From NCBI GenBank assembly GCA_963807605.1, contig CAWECG010000004.1, positions 192,001-256,000 on the forward strand: a DNA stretch of 64,000 bases, given 5' to 3'. How positions within the stretch are numbered: position 1 is the first letter of the stretch; the number at the start of each line of letters is the position of its first letter. The position numbers and the translations under genes are program-made. This document shows positions 28,957-38,473 of this stretch, piece by piece. A model generated the notes under the pieces. That model was not told the DNA's origin, did not search any database, and worked only from the letters and a program-made list of their open reading frames with translations. This stretch comes from Candidatus Bathyarchaeota archaeon. Lineage in GTDB: Archaea > Thermoproteota > Bathyarchaeia > 40CM-2-53-6 > RBG-13-38-9.

Positions 28957-29305
28957 CCGTTCATTACGTTGGGAAAAGAATTCCGCGAACTCCTTCTTTG
29001 TTTTACGAATGGCTCGCTGCGCTTGGAGAATGCTACGAAAAAGAAGTGTCTTAGGAAGTCTAGAGAGATGGAGAAGGAGGTTTTGTCTAGTCTTTGGTTT
29101 CTCACTTGACAACTACGACTAGTGATGCGACTGCGACTAGTCCTGCCTAGGCATACGGAGCTGTTCTGATCAGAACCGGAGGTTTTGTTTGATATCCTAG
29201 GAGGCAAACATTACTTCGGGATTTAGGAGACCGAGAGGGTCAAAGAACGATCTCTGAAGCTTTCGTAGCCTTCGTCACCCCACTCATTCCTAGCGGGCGC
29301 TGGCT

Positions 29306-29890
29306 CTACCGCTTGAGCTTCTCCCAGTAATACTTGCGCAACTTGGCGACTTTTGGCTCGATGACTATCCGGCAGTAAGACTGTTCAGGATTCTTTTCGA
29401 AGTAATCCTGGTGGTAACCCTCGGCCCTGTAAAATGCCTTGAACGGCTCGACTTGGGTCACTATGGATGAATCCCAGACTCCTGTGCTATTGATTTCCTT
29501 GATGACCTGCTCAGCGATTGCCTTCTGTTCGTCGCTATGGTAGAAAATCACTGAACGATATTGAGAGCCCACGTCGTTACCTTGACGGTTTAGCGTAGTT
29601 GGATCATGCACAGTGAAAAAGATCTGCAAGATTTCCCTAAAGGAGATTACATTAGGGTCGAAGGTGATTTGTACGGCCTCCGCATGTCCTGTTCTCCCCG
29701 TACATACTTGTTCATAAGTCGGATTCACGACTATACCGCCAGAATAACCCAACTCTACTTTCTCCACACCATTCAACTGATTGAAAACAGCTTCTGTGCA
29801 CCAGAAGCAGCCACCACCAAGCGTTGCCACTTCCATGCCTCTGCGAGAAGCGATCTTCAATCGTTCTTGGATCATAATGCCACTATCCAT
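29306..29890 (-). CDS. msrA: Peptide-methionine (S)-S-oxide reductase
   Basis: [39 protein letters not shown]; true start may be a little downstream. Confidence 0.97.
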   Translation of the reverse strand: MDSGIMIQERLKIASRRGMEVATLGGGCFWCTEAVFNQLNGVEKVELGYSGGIVVNPTYEQVCTGRTGHAEAVQITFDPNVISFREILQIFFTVHDPTTLNRQGNDVGSQYRSVIFYHSDEQKAIAEQVIKEINSTGVWDSSIVTQVEPFKAFYRAEGYHQDYFEKNPEQSYCRIVIEPKVAKLRKYYWEKLKR

Positions 29891-30929
29891 TTGTCAATAG
29901 CGTCCTTGCAGTTGTTACACGACGGGACTGAGTATTAGATGTGTTCGCTCGTTTTGCATCACGCCTCTTCCTTGTCATTACGCTTACGAATACAACCGCG
30001 GCCACTCCAACTAATGCTAGATAAGGTGTCAATTCTGATGGGACGTGGAAGCCATGGTCCTGTATCTTGATTTGATTTCTTATTCTAGAGATCAAACCGT
30101 CATTGTAGATCAAAAGTGTGAGGGCGGTTGTCTCTGCATTGGCTGATCCGATAGGTTCACCATGTCCAGTGCTTAGGGTGGTGATTCCCCCGTTGGCCTG
30201 TTGCTTGCTCCAGAGAACCTCTTCGAGCTTTTCAAAGTCCGGTAGGTATGTCCCTGTGACTTTGACTGCGTACAATAGTAGAGCAAGTTTGAAGTTAAGT
30301 CCGAAGCCGATGTCTGAGGGAGCGTTGTTAGGCCAGAGGAATTGTTGTCGAACTCCAGAATCTACGAGACACGTGCCGTTCCACATGCCGTAGACTTCTC
30401 TGACTAGGGCTTGTGCTTCTGTTTCCTGTCCCCTGTAATACTTGGAGAGCGCTTCACAGAGCATGTTGTCTGCGTACTTGAAGAAGGGATTTCCGAGTGT
30501 CCCGTTGTGGATCCTGATGAGAATCGCATAGTCTTCAGTTTGTTTGATTATGATATCTTGAGCCTGCGTAGCCGATCCTACCGGGTAACCCAAGATCGCT
30601 TCAAAATGGTTGCTTGGTGGAAGATCATATGAGTTAATGGTTCCATTGACCTTCTTAGAGATCTCCGGAGCGTAGGGTTGGAGTGCGTAAGCTGCAAGCA
30701 GATTGTCTGAGTAAAGCCAGAAGGTCCGCTGATAACTGCAGTTATAGTTCGGATACTCAACTCGCCTTAGCCAATGAACTCCCTTATCTTCGCTCTCATA
30801 GATCAAGCCAACTTGAGGGTTGTAATGGCTGACCAGATAGTCGACTGCGCGATGGATGCGGCTGTCGCTATTAGATGTCACAGGTGAGCCTACTGAGGTC
30901 AGCAGAAGAATCAGTACAAGAAATCTCAT
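29883..30929 (-). CDS. Secreted, C-terminally anchored hypothetical protein (possible alpha/alpha-barrel)
   Basis: Signal peptide, [24 protein letters not shown]-terminal TM helix with basic tail. Confidence 0.7.
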   Translation of the reverse strand: MRFLVLILLLTSVGSPVTSNSDSRIHRAVDYLVSHYNPQVGLIYESEDKGVHWLRRVEYPNYNCSYQRTFWLYSDNLLAAYALQPYAPEISKKVNGTINSYDLPPSNHFEAILGYPVGSATQAQDIIIKQTEDYAILIRIHNGTLGNPFFKYADNMLCEALSKYYRGQETEAQALVREVYGMWNGTCLVDSGVRQQFLWPNNAPSDIGFGLNFKLALLLYAVKVTGTYLPDFEKLEEVLWSKQQANGGITTLSTGHGEPIGSANAETTALTLLIYNDGLISRIRNQIKIQDHGFHVPSELTPYLALVGVAAVVFVSVMTRKRRDAKRANTSNTQSRRVTTARTLLTNG

Positions 30930-30967
30930 AACAAGACGCAGCGAGACATCTCACAGTCCTTTGTCTG

Positions 30968-32014
30968 CTAGCAAATTCTTGGTACTGGATCCCCGATAGG
31001 TGGAAGTATGATTCTTCTTCCTCCGACAGATGTCTGAAGGATGACTTGGTTGAGCTCACTCGAAACCTCGCCAATGATCGCAGCGTCTTTGCCGAGTTTT
31101 GATTTTTTGAGGGTTTCCAGAATCTCATCCGCCTTCTCTTTAATCACCGCCACGGCGAGTTTTCCCTCGTTTCCAATCTCCAAGGGGTCTATGCCCAGCA
31201 TTTCACACGCTGCCCTGACACCAGTTTTTATGGGAATATCTTCCTCTTTGATCATGATGCCGACATGTGATTTCTCGCGCCACTCATTCAATGTGTTGGC
31301 CAATCCGCCTCGTGTTGGGTCTTTTGCCTTCACTACACCCCCGACTTGAAGGAGATCTTTCACGAGTTTGTTCAGTGGTGCTACATCAGATTTCACGTCG
31401 GTCTCGAATCCGTAACCTTCCCTAGATGAGAGTACACTTATTCCGTGATCTCCAATCGTTCCTGAGATGATTATCTTATCCCCTGGAGCAAGGTTTGAGT
31501 CAAGAAGCCATCTGGAACTAAAACGTCGGTGCTTCTTTACTTCTTCAATATTCCTATCAAGCTCAGGGATACGCTTTCCAATCCCTGATGTGTTCATTAC
31601 GAGCTGGTCTAGTGCGCCTTTCTCCATTACTTTTGTATCGCCGGTTAGAACGTAGACTTCTGCTTCTTGGCAGGCCTCATGCATACTATCAAGTATGCGT
31701 TCAAAATCTTCAAGCGGAAAGCCTTCTTCGATGATGAAGCCTGATGTTAGGGCCAGCGGCTCGGCGCCCATGACTGCTATGTCATTGACTGTTCCTGTTA
31801 TGGCCAGTCTGCCGATATCTCCCCCTGGAAAGAATAGAGGCTTGACCGTGTGAGAGTCTGACTTTAGAACAATATCGTCTATCACGGCGGAGTCATCAAG
31901 CGCCTCTAAAGGGACCTCAGCACCGCTGCCTCCGAGGTATTTGAGAATATATTCTTTAATCAGTCCCTGCATGACAGCGCCCCCTCCGCCGTGTGACATG
32001 GTGATCTTGCTCAT
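30968..32014 (-). CDS. hypE: Carbamoyl dehydratase HypE
   Basis: MSKITMSHGGGG, FFPGGDIG, GDTKV, DPTRGG, C-terminal PRIC. Start placed at ATG 32014. Confidence 0.98.
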   Translation of the reverse strand: MSKITMSHGGGGAVMQGLIKEYILKYLGGSGAEVPLEALDDSAVIDDIVLKSDSHTVKPLFFPGGDIGRLAITGTVNDIAVMGAEPLALTSGFIIEEGFPLEDFERILDSMHEACQEAEVYVLTGDTKVMEKGALDQLVMNTSGIGKRIPELDRNIEEVKKHRRFSSRWLLDSNLAPGDKIIISGTIGDHGISVLSSREGYGFETDVKSDVAPLNKLVKDLLQVGGVVKAKDPTRGGLANTLNEWREKSHVGIMIKEEDIPIKTGVRAACEMLGIDPLEIGNEGKLAVAVIKEKADEILETLKKSKLGKDAAIIGEVSSELNQVILQTSVGGRRIILPPIGDPVPRIC

Positions 32015-32104
32015 GACGCGTTCCTTCACTTGTGGAGAAGTCAACAATGCTTGCTCGTTAATATTGCTAGCAGGTCGAGAAGAGATGGTGTTAAGAGAAT
32101 ACAG

Positions 32105-32246
32105 TGGTGGGGTCGGCGGGACTTTCATGACAGCGTCAATTTGAACCCGCGACCGCCAGCGTTCTGGGTAGCTCCCCAGGTTCACCGCGCAGTGCTCTGG
32201 TATCCTCTTGGCGGTTTAACCCAAGACCAAGCTAGACGACGACCCC
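32105..32246 (-). tRNA. tRNA-Pro(GGG) with four BHB-type introns and encoded CCA
   Basis: Removing 32207-32223, 32181-32196, 32162-32173 and 32122-32139 gives the 79-nt cloverleaf GGGGTCG TC GTCT AGCTTGGTCTA GGAT A CCAGC CTGGGGC GCTGG CGGTC GCGGG TTCAAAT CCCGC CGACCCC A CCA. Confidence 0.92.
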
Positions 32247-32320
32247 ACAACCTTAGCTCTATCTGATTCAGTCTCGCGCTAATAAGATCATTTCTCGTCC
32301 ACTAACGGGCATGAGCACGC

Positions 32321-33781
32321 CTATTCCAGACGGAGATCTTTGAAGGTCTCCTTGAACAATCTCGTCAAGTAATCTTCAGTTCGAAAGCCTCTACCCTTGG
32401 CTAACATCTTTATGCTCTTGTCAACACCTGTCGAATACTGCATCGCCTTCTTGGGGGTATCAGCAAGCTTCTCGGGCAGACCAAGATCTCTGCAGGCTTT
32501 CCTAAGGATACGTTTTCTCAAACCATCGGTCGGGCTTTCAATCTTCATACTGACAGGTATCGAGAGACCATACATGATGAGTTCCCAGTCAGCGAATGGA
32601 TGCAGCATCTTCACTCTCTCAGGCGCGGTGGCTTGTTCACATGCCTGATAACTGTCCTTGTGGGCATCTAGAACCCGATGGAAGATAGCGTCTTCGAGAG
32701 CCCGCTCTCCGCCCTGCTTTAACACTTTAAGAAATCCATGGTAACCTGCAAAAAGCTCGTCAGCGCCTTGGCCAGTAAACACAGTCGTGACACCACAGCT
32801 CTCGGCCAATTTCGCAGACCAAGAGAGAGGAATTGAGACGCCCAACTTCACTTGGTTCGCCTCCTCTATTCGCCAGAGGCATTTCTTCAGTTGTTCCTCG
32901 ATCTGGTCCAACTCGTACTCCTTCGTCTCTGCCTTGATCCCTAGAAGTTCCGCTGACCTCATCGCCAACTCTGTTGCAGGGTGCCCCTTGACTCCAACAA
33001 TAAAGGCGCAGGTTTCAATCTCCAGTTTTGACAAGAGGTACGCCGTTATTGAGCTATCTACACCTCCAGAGAAACTGACGCCAACTCTTTTGAGTCCTCG
33101 TGCCCTTTCAGAAATTGACTTGTGCAGTAGTTTGCCTAGTCGCTCAGAGATCTCCGTCGTTTCTCCACGCAGGGTATTCGATGGTGTGATCTGCTTGATC
33201 GGCCACGGGGGACGATTCGGTTGCAGCTTCCATAGGTGACCAGGAGGAAAGATTAGCGTGTTACGTACTCCAAGCCTCCAGAGGCCTTTACTCTCCGTCG
33301 ACACGGCGGAGAGGTTCTCGTCTGAATAGTAATAGAGTGGTTTTAGACCAACAGGGTCCCTTGCTGCAAAGATCTCTCCGTTTGAGAGAACTGCTAGCGT
33401 GTACTGACCGTCGAATTCCGACACAAATCTTGCCAGAGCCTTCTCCGGGGTCTCTTCGGAAAGATACTCAAGCAACTCATCGAACGTTCCTCCGAAATCA
33501 GTGTAATCACTCTCGACGATGATGGAACGATCCTTAGAGGTTCTGGGTTGAGGGAAATCTCTCGGTTGAAGTCTCATTAGATTGTATGCTATTGCTGATC
33601 TAGTGCTTTGCAGCTCATTGAGGTCGCTGAGGTCTTCAGTGAAGAGCGTTTCTCGTTGTGTAGCAACCCCGAATACGTCGTTACCTCTGTGAAGTTGATT
33701 CTTGATCAGCTGGATGAGGAGTGGAACTGCGTCTGTTCCCTCCTTTGTTCTTATCGCGCTTATTGCTCCCATTCGTGTCAA
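32321..33781 (-). CDS. Asparagine synthetase B-like protein (Ntn Cys absent)
   Basis: ARDPVGLKPLYY, SFSGGVDSS, TGQGADELFAGY, KKAMQYSTG. Confidence 0.85.
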   Translation of the reverse strand: MTRMGAISAIRTKEGTDAVPLLIQLIKNQLHRGNDVFGVATQRETLFTEDLSDLNELQSTRSAIAYNLMRLQPRDFPQPRTSKDRSIIVESDYTDFGGTFDELLEYLSEETPEKALARFVSEFDGQYTLAVLSNGEIFAARDPVGLKPLYYYSDENLSAVSTESKGLWRLGVRNTLIFPPGHLWKLQPNRPPWPIKQITPSNTLRGETTEISERLGKLLHKSISERARGLKRVGVSFSGGVDSSITAYLLSKLEIETCAFIVGVKGHPATELAMRSAELLGIKAETKEYELDQIEEQLKKCLWRIEEANQVKLGVSIPLSWSAKLAESCGVTTVFTGQGADELFAGYHGFLKVLKQGGERALEDAIFHRVLDAHKDSYQACEQATAPERVKMLHPFADWELIMYGLSIPVSMKIESPTDGLRKRILRKACRDLGLPEKLADTPKKAMQYSTGVDKSIKMLAKGRGFRTEDYLTRLFKETFKDLRLE

Positions 33782-33999
33782 CCCGCAGACCAGGCCTAAA
33801 GCTAGAACCAGACCTCTGGATGATTTAGGCGCTTCTTACCTATACTTACTGCTGCTCATTGGACTGGCATTAGAGAAGCCTACAAGACCCGTTTAGGTGA
33901 AGACTACCGCGCGCTGGGCCGTCCAAAATCCCACCTTGACGGCGTCACGAGTCTGGCTATAGTTAGCCTTTTTTACGACTACAGGTTCTCTCCTTCATT

Positions 34000-34413
34000 A
34001 TGCAGTCATTCAGCATGAAAGATCTCACTCTGCTTCTTGCGCGGATTCTCCTTTCAGCCATCTTTCTTGAGGCTGGTTATGGCAAGATCATAAACCCTGA
34101 TGCCACAATCAAAACAATTGCCGCTCATGAAGTACCCTTCGCAGGTTTCTTTCTAGTCGTTTCAATTGCATTCGAGATCATCGGCGGGTTATCAATCCTG
34201 CTTGGTTACAAAACTCGTTGGGGAGCTCTGGCGTTATTCTTGTACCTAATTCCCGTTACTCTCATCATTCACACTCGCTTCTCCGAAGCAGGCCAGATGA
34301 CCAATTTCATGAAAAACCTGGCGATAATGGGCGGATTTCTAGCAGTAACGAACTGTGGCGCAGGCAATCTGAGTCTGGATTCGCTATTCGCATCTCGAAA
34401 AAAGGTAGAGTAG
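34000..34413 (+). CDS. DoxX family membrane protein
   Basis: LARILLSAIF, EIIGGLSILLGYKTR, FMKNLAIMGGFL. Confidence 0.92.
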   Translation: MQSFSMKDLTLLLARILLSAIFLEAGYGKIINPDATIKTIAAHEVPFAGFFLVVSIAFEIIGGLSILLGYKTRWGALALFLYLIPVTLIIHTRFSEAGQMTNFMKNLAIMGGFLAVTNCGAGNLSLDSLFASRKKVE

Positions 34414-34626
34414 AAGGCGCTCAAGCAACTCACATCCAAAACCGGTCTAGAGCGACTTCTCATTCATTTGATGAGTGCAGTATTTCGTGTGCCGCTCAGG
34501 CAATACATACTCGGTTTTGAGAGGAGTCTTTTTCTGGCAAAATCGAGGCTGAAGTTCCTTAAGCATTCTTGGCGTTAGGAAATATCAATAAGTCCTAAAG
34601 CTGGACAATATACCCAGAGATATGTT

Positions 34627-35987
34627 ATGGCTATCCTTCCAATAGACACAGGTCGCTACGGCACCGATAAGATGAGAAGTGTCTTTAACGAAGAAAGCAG
34701 ACTCCAGAAGATCCTAACGTCGAAGCCGCCGTCGCATGTGCTCATTCTCAGGTTGGCAACATCCCAAAGGAAGCTGCTGAGGAGATCGTGCAGAAGGCGA
34801 ATACCCGCTACGTGAAGCTGGAGCGATGCAAAGACATCGACCGACAGATCAATCACGATCTAATGGCAGTCGTGAAGGCTCTCACAGAGGTCTGCTCGCC
34901 ATCAGCCGCCAGATGGGTACATTTTGGTCTCACCAGCGCAGACGTAGAGGATACTGCCTACGCCTTGCAGTTTAAAGAGGCACTTGCACTCGTTGAAGAC
35001 GGCCTAGTCACTCTTGAGAGGCTCTTGATGGGTCTTGTTGAGAAGTATCGATCTACGATTATGACTGGCAGAACTCACGGCCAACATATGGCAGCAATGA
35101 CCCTCGGTCTTAAACTGGCGGTTTGGATGAGGGAGATCTCACGACACCTAAGAAGACTGACTCAAACGAAAGAAAGAGTTCTCGTCGGAAAGGTAATGGG
35201 GGCTATAGGTACAGGGGCTGGCCTCGGTGAGCACGCCATCAAGATTCAGAGTATTGCGGTTGCAAGGCTTGGATTGAAGCCGGCTGATATGGTGACCCAA
35301 GTCATCCAACGGGATCTTCATGCGGAACTTATCTCGACACTAACGTTGATCGGCTCAAGCTTAGACAAGTTCGCTCTTGAGATACGCAATCTCCAGAGAA
35401 CCGAGATAATGGAGGTGATGGAACCCTTCAAAGTCGACAGTCAAGTTGGAAGCTCAGCCATGCCAGCAAAGAGAAACCCGATCAAATCAGAAAGGATATG
35501 CAGCTTAGCAAAACTCATGCGAGGGCTGCTCATTCCTGCCTACGAAAATATCCCACTATGGCATGAACGTGATCTTACGAACTCCGCAAATGAGCGCTTC
35601 ATATTTGCCATGGCCTTCATCCTCCTCGACGAGATGATCTCGTGTATGAATAACATTCTAGCCGGTCTGAGCGTTTATCCTGATAATATGAAGAGAAATC
35701 TCGCCATTACAGGAGGTCTTCTCGTGTCTGAGAATATTGTAAAGACACTCGTCGAGAGAGGCATGGGAAGACAGGAAGCTCACGAGACTGTTAGAAGGTG
35801 TTCCATGGAAGCTATCGCAGAGAGAAAACCATTCTCCGATGTCCTCGCTAAGGAACGCCAAGTAACAGGCCTGATCCCTGCAAGAGAGATCTCGGAGTTG
35901 CTGGACTACTCTAGGTATCTGGGCGTGACCCAGAAACTCATAGACAATGCCCTAGCCTCAACTCAGAGTGAGCTTGCCGTTCACTAG
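34627..35987 (+). CDS. purB: Adenylosuccinate lyase (one-base frameshift near 34716)
   Basis: MAILPIDTGRYG, HFGLTSAD, GRTHGQH, GSSAMPAKRNP, WHERDLTNS; adding one A (CTA AAC) restores KILNVEAAVA. Confidence 0.93.
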
Positions 35988-36163
35988 GATGACTTACCCT
36001 GGCTGAAACAACGATTGAGAAATGAAGACAAGAGCATCCTCGGGACACAGAAACTCATAGTCAGAGCATGGGATAGACCATAAATGAAGGGCCAAACACA
36101 CACGTGTGAAACGCCCAAGACATTCATACCATTGGAGTTCTGAAGATCAGCCATCCCGCTACT

Positions 36164-38410
36164 CTAGTATTCTGTCATAAACTTCTGTTCGTCAAACGTC
36201 TCGCCCTTCTTTAGGGCCTCCCATTCCTCAGCTTTCAGCTTCCCTCCGACCTGGTCCTTGATCTTTTTGGCCACGATTGTTCCAATGGTCGGCACGGCGA
36301 TTAGCGAGCTAAGACTTGCCTTCTTCAGGTCGGCTAGGGTTTGGAACCCATTATTATAGAGCATTCTGGCTCGAACCCGCCCCACACCTTCAAGTTGGAC
36401 GAGCTCAATCAATTCCTCCTTGATTCCGCCCTGAATTCGCGTCCTGAGCTTGTCAAGTCTCTTCAAGAGATCTTTATGTTGGAAGAGTTTCGCGAGTTCG
36501 TCAGTGGCGTAGAATAGCCAGTCAGCAGTCTGGGTCAACCTTAAGAGATCTCCGGGCTCAACATTATGATTTCTCAGAAGATCTTCTTCACTTGTCTCCT
36601 CAATCCAACTTGCCAAGACCGCGACGCACTTTAACTCGGAGAGAAATTCTTCGTAATCATACTCGTATGAGAGCATTGCACTCCATAGTTCAGGTTGTTT
36701 AAAGATGAGCTCCTCTGAATGCTCCCTGGCGTAAGCGCCTAGTTTTTCAGATTCCTTGCCGCGTGGATGAAGTTTGGGGAAGATATCTGGGGTATGAGAG
36801 ATGAGCTGCAGAAGGCTAAGCTCCGTGAGTCTGGTAGGTCTATTATAAAGGCCATCTCTGATGATGACGGCTGAGAGTGGGTCGATGTAAAGTTCGGAGA
36901 CTCTCCTGCCGAACTTGGTGGCAGATAAGTTTCTCGTCTCGATCTCGATCATCTCTTCTTTTACTAGAAACTCAAGGATCTTTCCAACCTTGGATCTCAG
37001 CATCTTCAAATCGTATTGTTGAGCGTGGAATGTTCGGGAAAAGAAGTTGTAAAGGCTCTCTTCAGTATGTGCAAATCCAGTTGCGATGGTGGAGAGCACG
37101 TGTGGCCTGAGAACTCTCTCAACTGAGAGCTTAGACCATATCTTCTCGGGATCTGCACAGACGTAGCTTTCCATAAGGTGTTCTTGCTCGTCAGTGGTCT
37201 TTGCGATCAGGATTGCTTCTCCAAACTTGTCATACCGTGGCCTGCCCGCTCTGCCGCAGAGCTGCTTGTACTCGAGGACCGATATGGGATAGCTTCCGTA
37301 TCCCGCCTCGTATCTGTGGTAGCTACTTATCAGGACGGCCCGAGCTGGTAGGTTGACTCCTGCTGCAAGCGTTGGTGTAGCGGCTAGTATTTTGATCAGG
37401 CCGGCTTTGAATGAGTCTTCAATCAGTCTTCTGTGGACTCCGGCGAGTCCAGCGTGGTGGAAGGCTGCCCCAGATGAAACCTGATCCGCTAGGAATTCGC
37501 TCAGTCTCGTCTTTTCACCGGAGGCCAGTATCTTCTGAGCCAACAGCTTAAGGCTACGTCTCTGGGTGTTAGACAATTTTCCGGAGAGGGCAGCTGCCGC
37601 TTTCTTGCCGTTTTCTACTGCGGCGCGCCGGGTCTCGGCGAAGATGAGAACTTGTCCTCCACCACCTATCACATCTAGAGCAATGTCAAGTATCGGTTTG
37701 CCAGTGTCTTCGGGGATTCTTCTCGCTGAGCCGTCTTTGAACTGGATCTCGCCGCCGTAGTATACCCCCTCTTTCAGAGGGATTGGTCTCCACTCAGTTG
37801 TTATGGGTGCGCCTCTGATCCATCTCGCGACATCGTCAGCATTTTTGACAGTGGCACTCAACGCCAGTAACTGCGCTTTTGGGTTTAGTTCCATCAGTTT
37901 TGTAAGTGTGACTTCCAGTGTAGGTCCTCTGTCTTGGTCTGTCAGCAGATGTATCTCGTCGGCAACGACTGTCCTGACTTCGCTCATCCACGGCGTCTTA
38001 TGTCTGAGGAGGCTGTCTACCTTTTCATTTGTTGAGATGATTATATCATATCTGCCCAGCCATTCGTCTGAGCTGTCGTAGTCGCCCGTGGAGGTCGCGA
38101 TTCTCAGTCTGCTACCGTCTGGTTTCCTAAGTTCTGTGTATTTCTGGAACTCTTCATATTTCTCTCGAGCCAAGGCGCGCAGTGGAGTGAGATACAGGCC
38201 TTTGCCCATTGACTTTAGTGTGTTGTTTAGAATGCAGAGTTCGGCGACAAGCGTTTTGCCACTGGCAGTCGGACTCGCAAGAACTACATTTTTTCCTTCA
38301 AGCACTCCAGCAGTGATCGCTTCTTCCTGAGGTGGATATAGTGAACCATAACCTGCCTTGAGAAGGATCTCCTTCACTGCTTCAGAGATATCGAGTTCAG
38401 TAACTCTCAA
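36164..38410 (-). CDS. hel308: Ski2-like ATP-dependent DNA helicase Hel308
   Basis: LYPPQ, PTASGKT, DEIH, LSAT, TPTLAAGVNLPAR, GRAGRP, C-terminal HhH GVGRVRAR. Confidence 0.95.
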   Translation of the reverse strand: MRVTELDISEAVKEILLKAGYGSLYPPQEEAITAGVLEGKNVVLASPTASGKTLVAELCILNNTLKSMGKGLYLTPLRALAREKYEEFQKYTELRKPDGSRLRIATSTGDYDSSDEWLGRYDIIISTNEKVDSLLRHKTPWMSEVRTVVADEIHLLTDQDRGPTLEVTLTKLMELNPKAQLLALSATVKNADDVARWIRGAPITTEWRPIPLKEGVYYGGEIQFKDGSARRIPEDTGKPILDIALDVIGGGGQVLIFAETRRAAVENGKKAAAALSGKLSNTQRRSLKLLAQKILASGEKTRLSEFLADQVSSGAAFHHAGLAGVHRRLIEDSFKAGLIKILAATPTLAAGVNLPARAVLISSYHRYEAGYGSYPISVLEYKQLCGRAGRPRYDKFGEAILIAKTTDEQEHLMESYVCADPEKIWSKLSVERVLRPHVLSTIATGFAHTEESLYNFFSRTFHAQQYDLKMLRSKVGKILEFLVKEEMIEIETRNLSATKFGRRVSELYIDPLSAVIIRDGLYNRPTRLTELSLLQLISHTPDIFPKLHPRGKESEKLGAYAREHSEELIFKQPELWSAMLSYEYDYEEFLSELKCVAVLASWIEETSEEDLLRNHNVEPGDLLRLTQTADWLFYATDELAKLFQHKDLLKRLDKLRTRIQGGIKEELIELVQLEGVGRVRARMLYNNGFQTLADLKKASLSSLIAVPTIGTIVAKKIKDQVGGKLKAEEWEALKKGETFDEQKFMTEY

Positions 38411-38473
38411 TTCATTTTCCGCGCAAAAAACGTTGTCAAAAGTCCTCTCAGATTTTCTTGGAGATGTCTCGGC

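Noticed and set aside
32015-32185. 57-aa N-terminal extension of HypE in the ORF track
   Set aside because: It runs through the tRNA-Pro gene; HypE homology starts at MSKITMSHGGG (32014)
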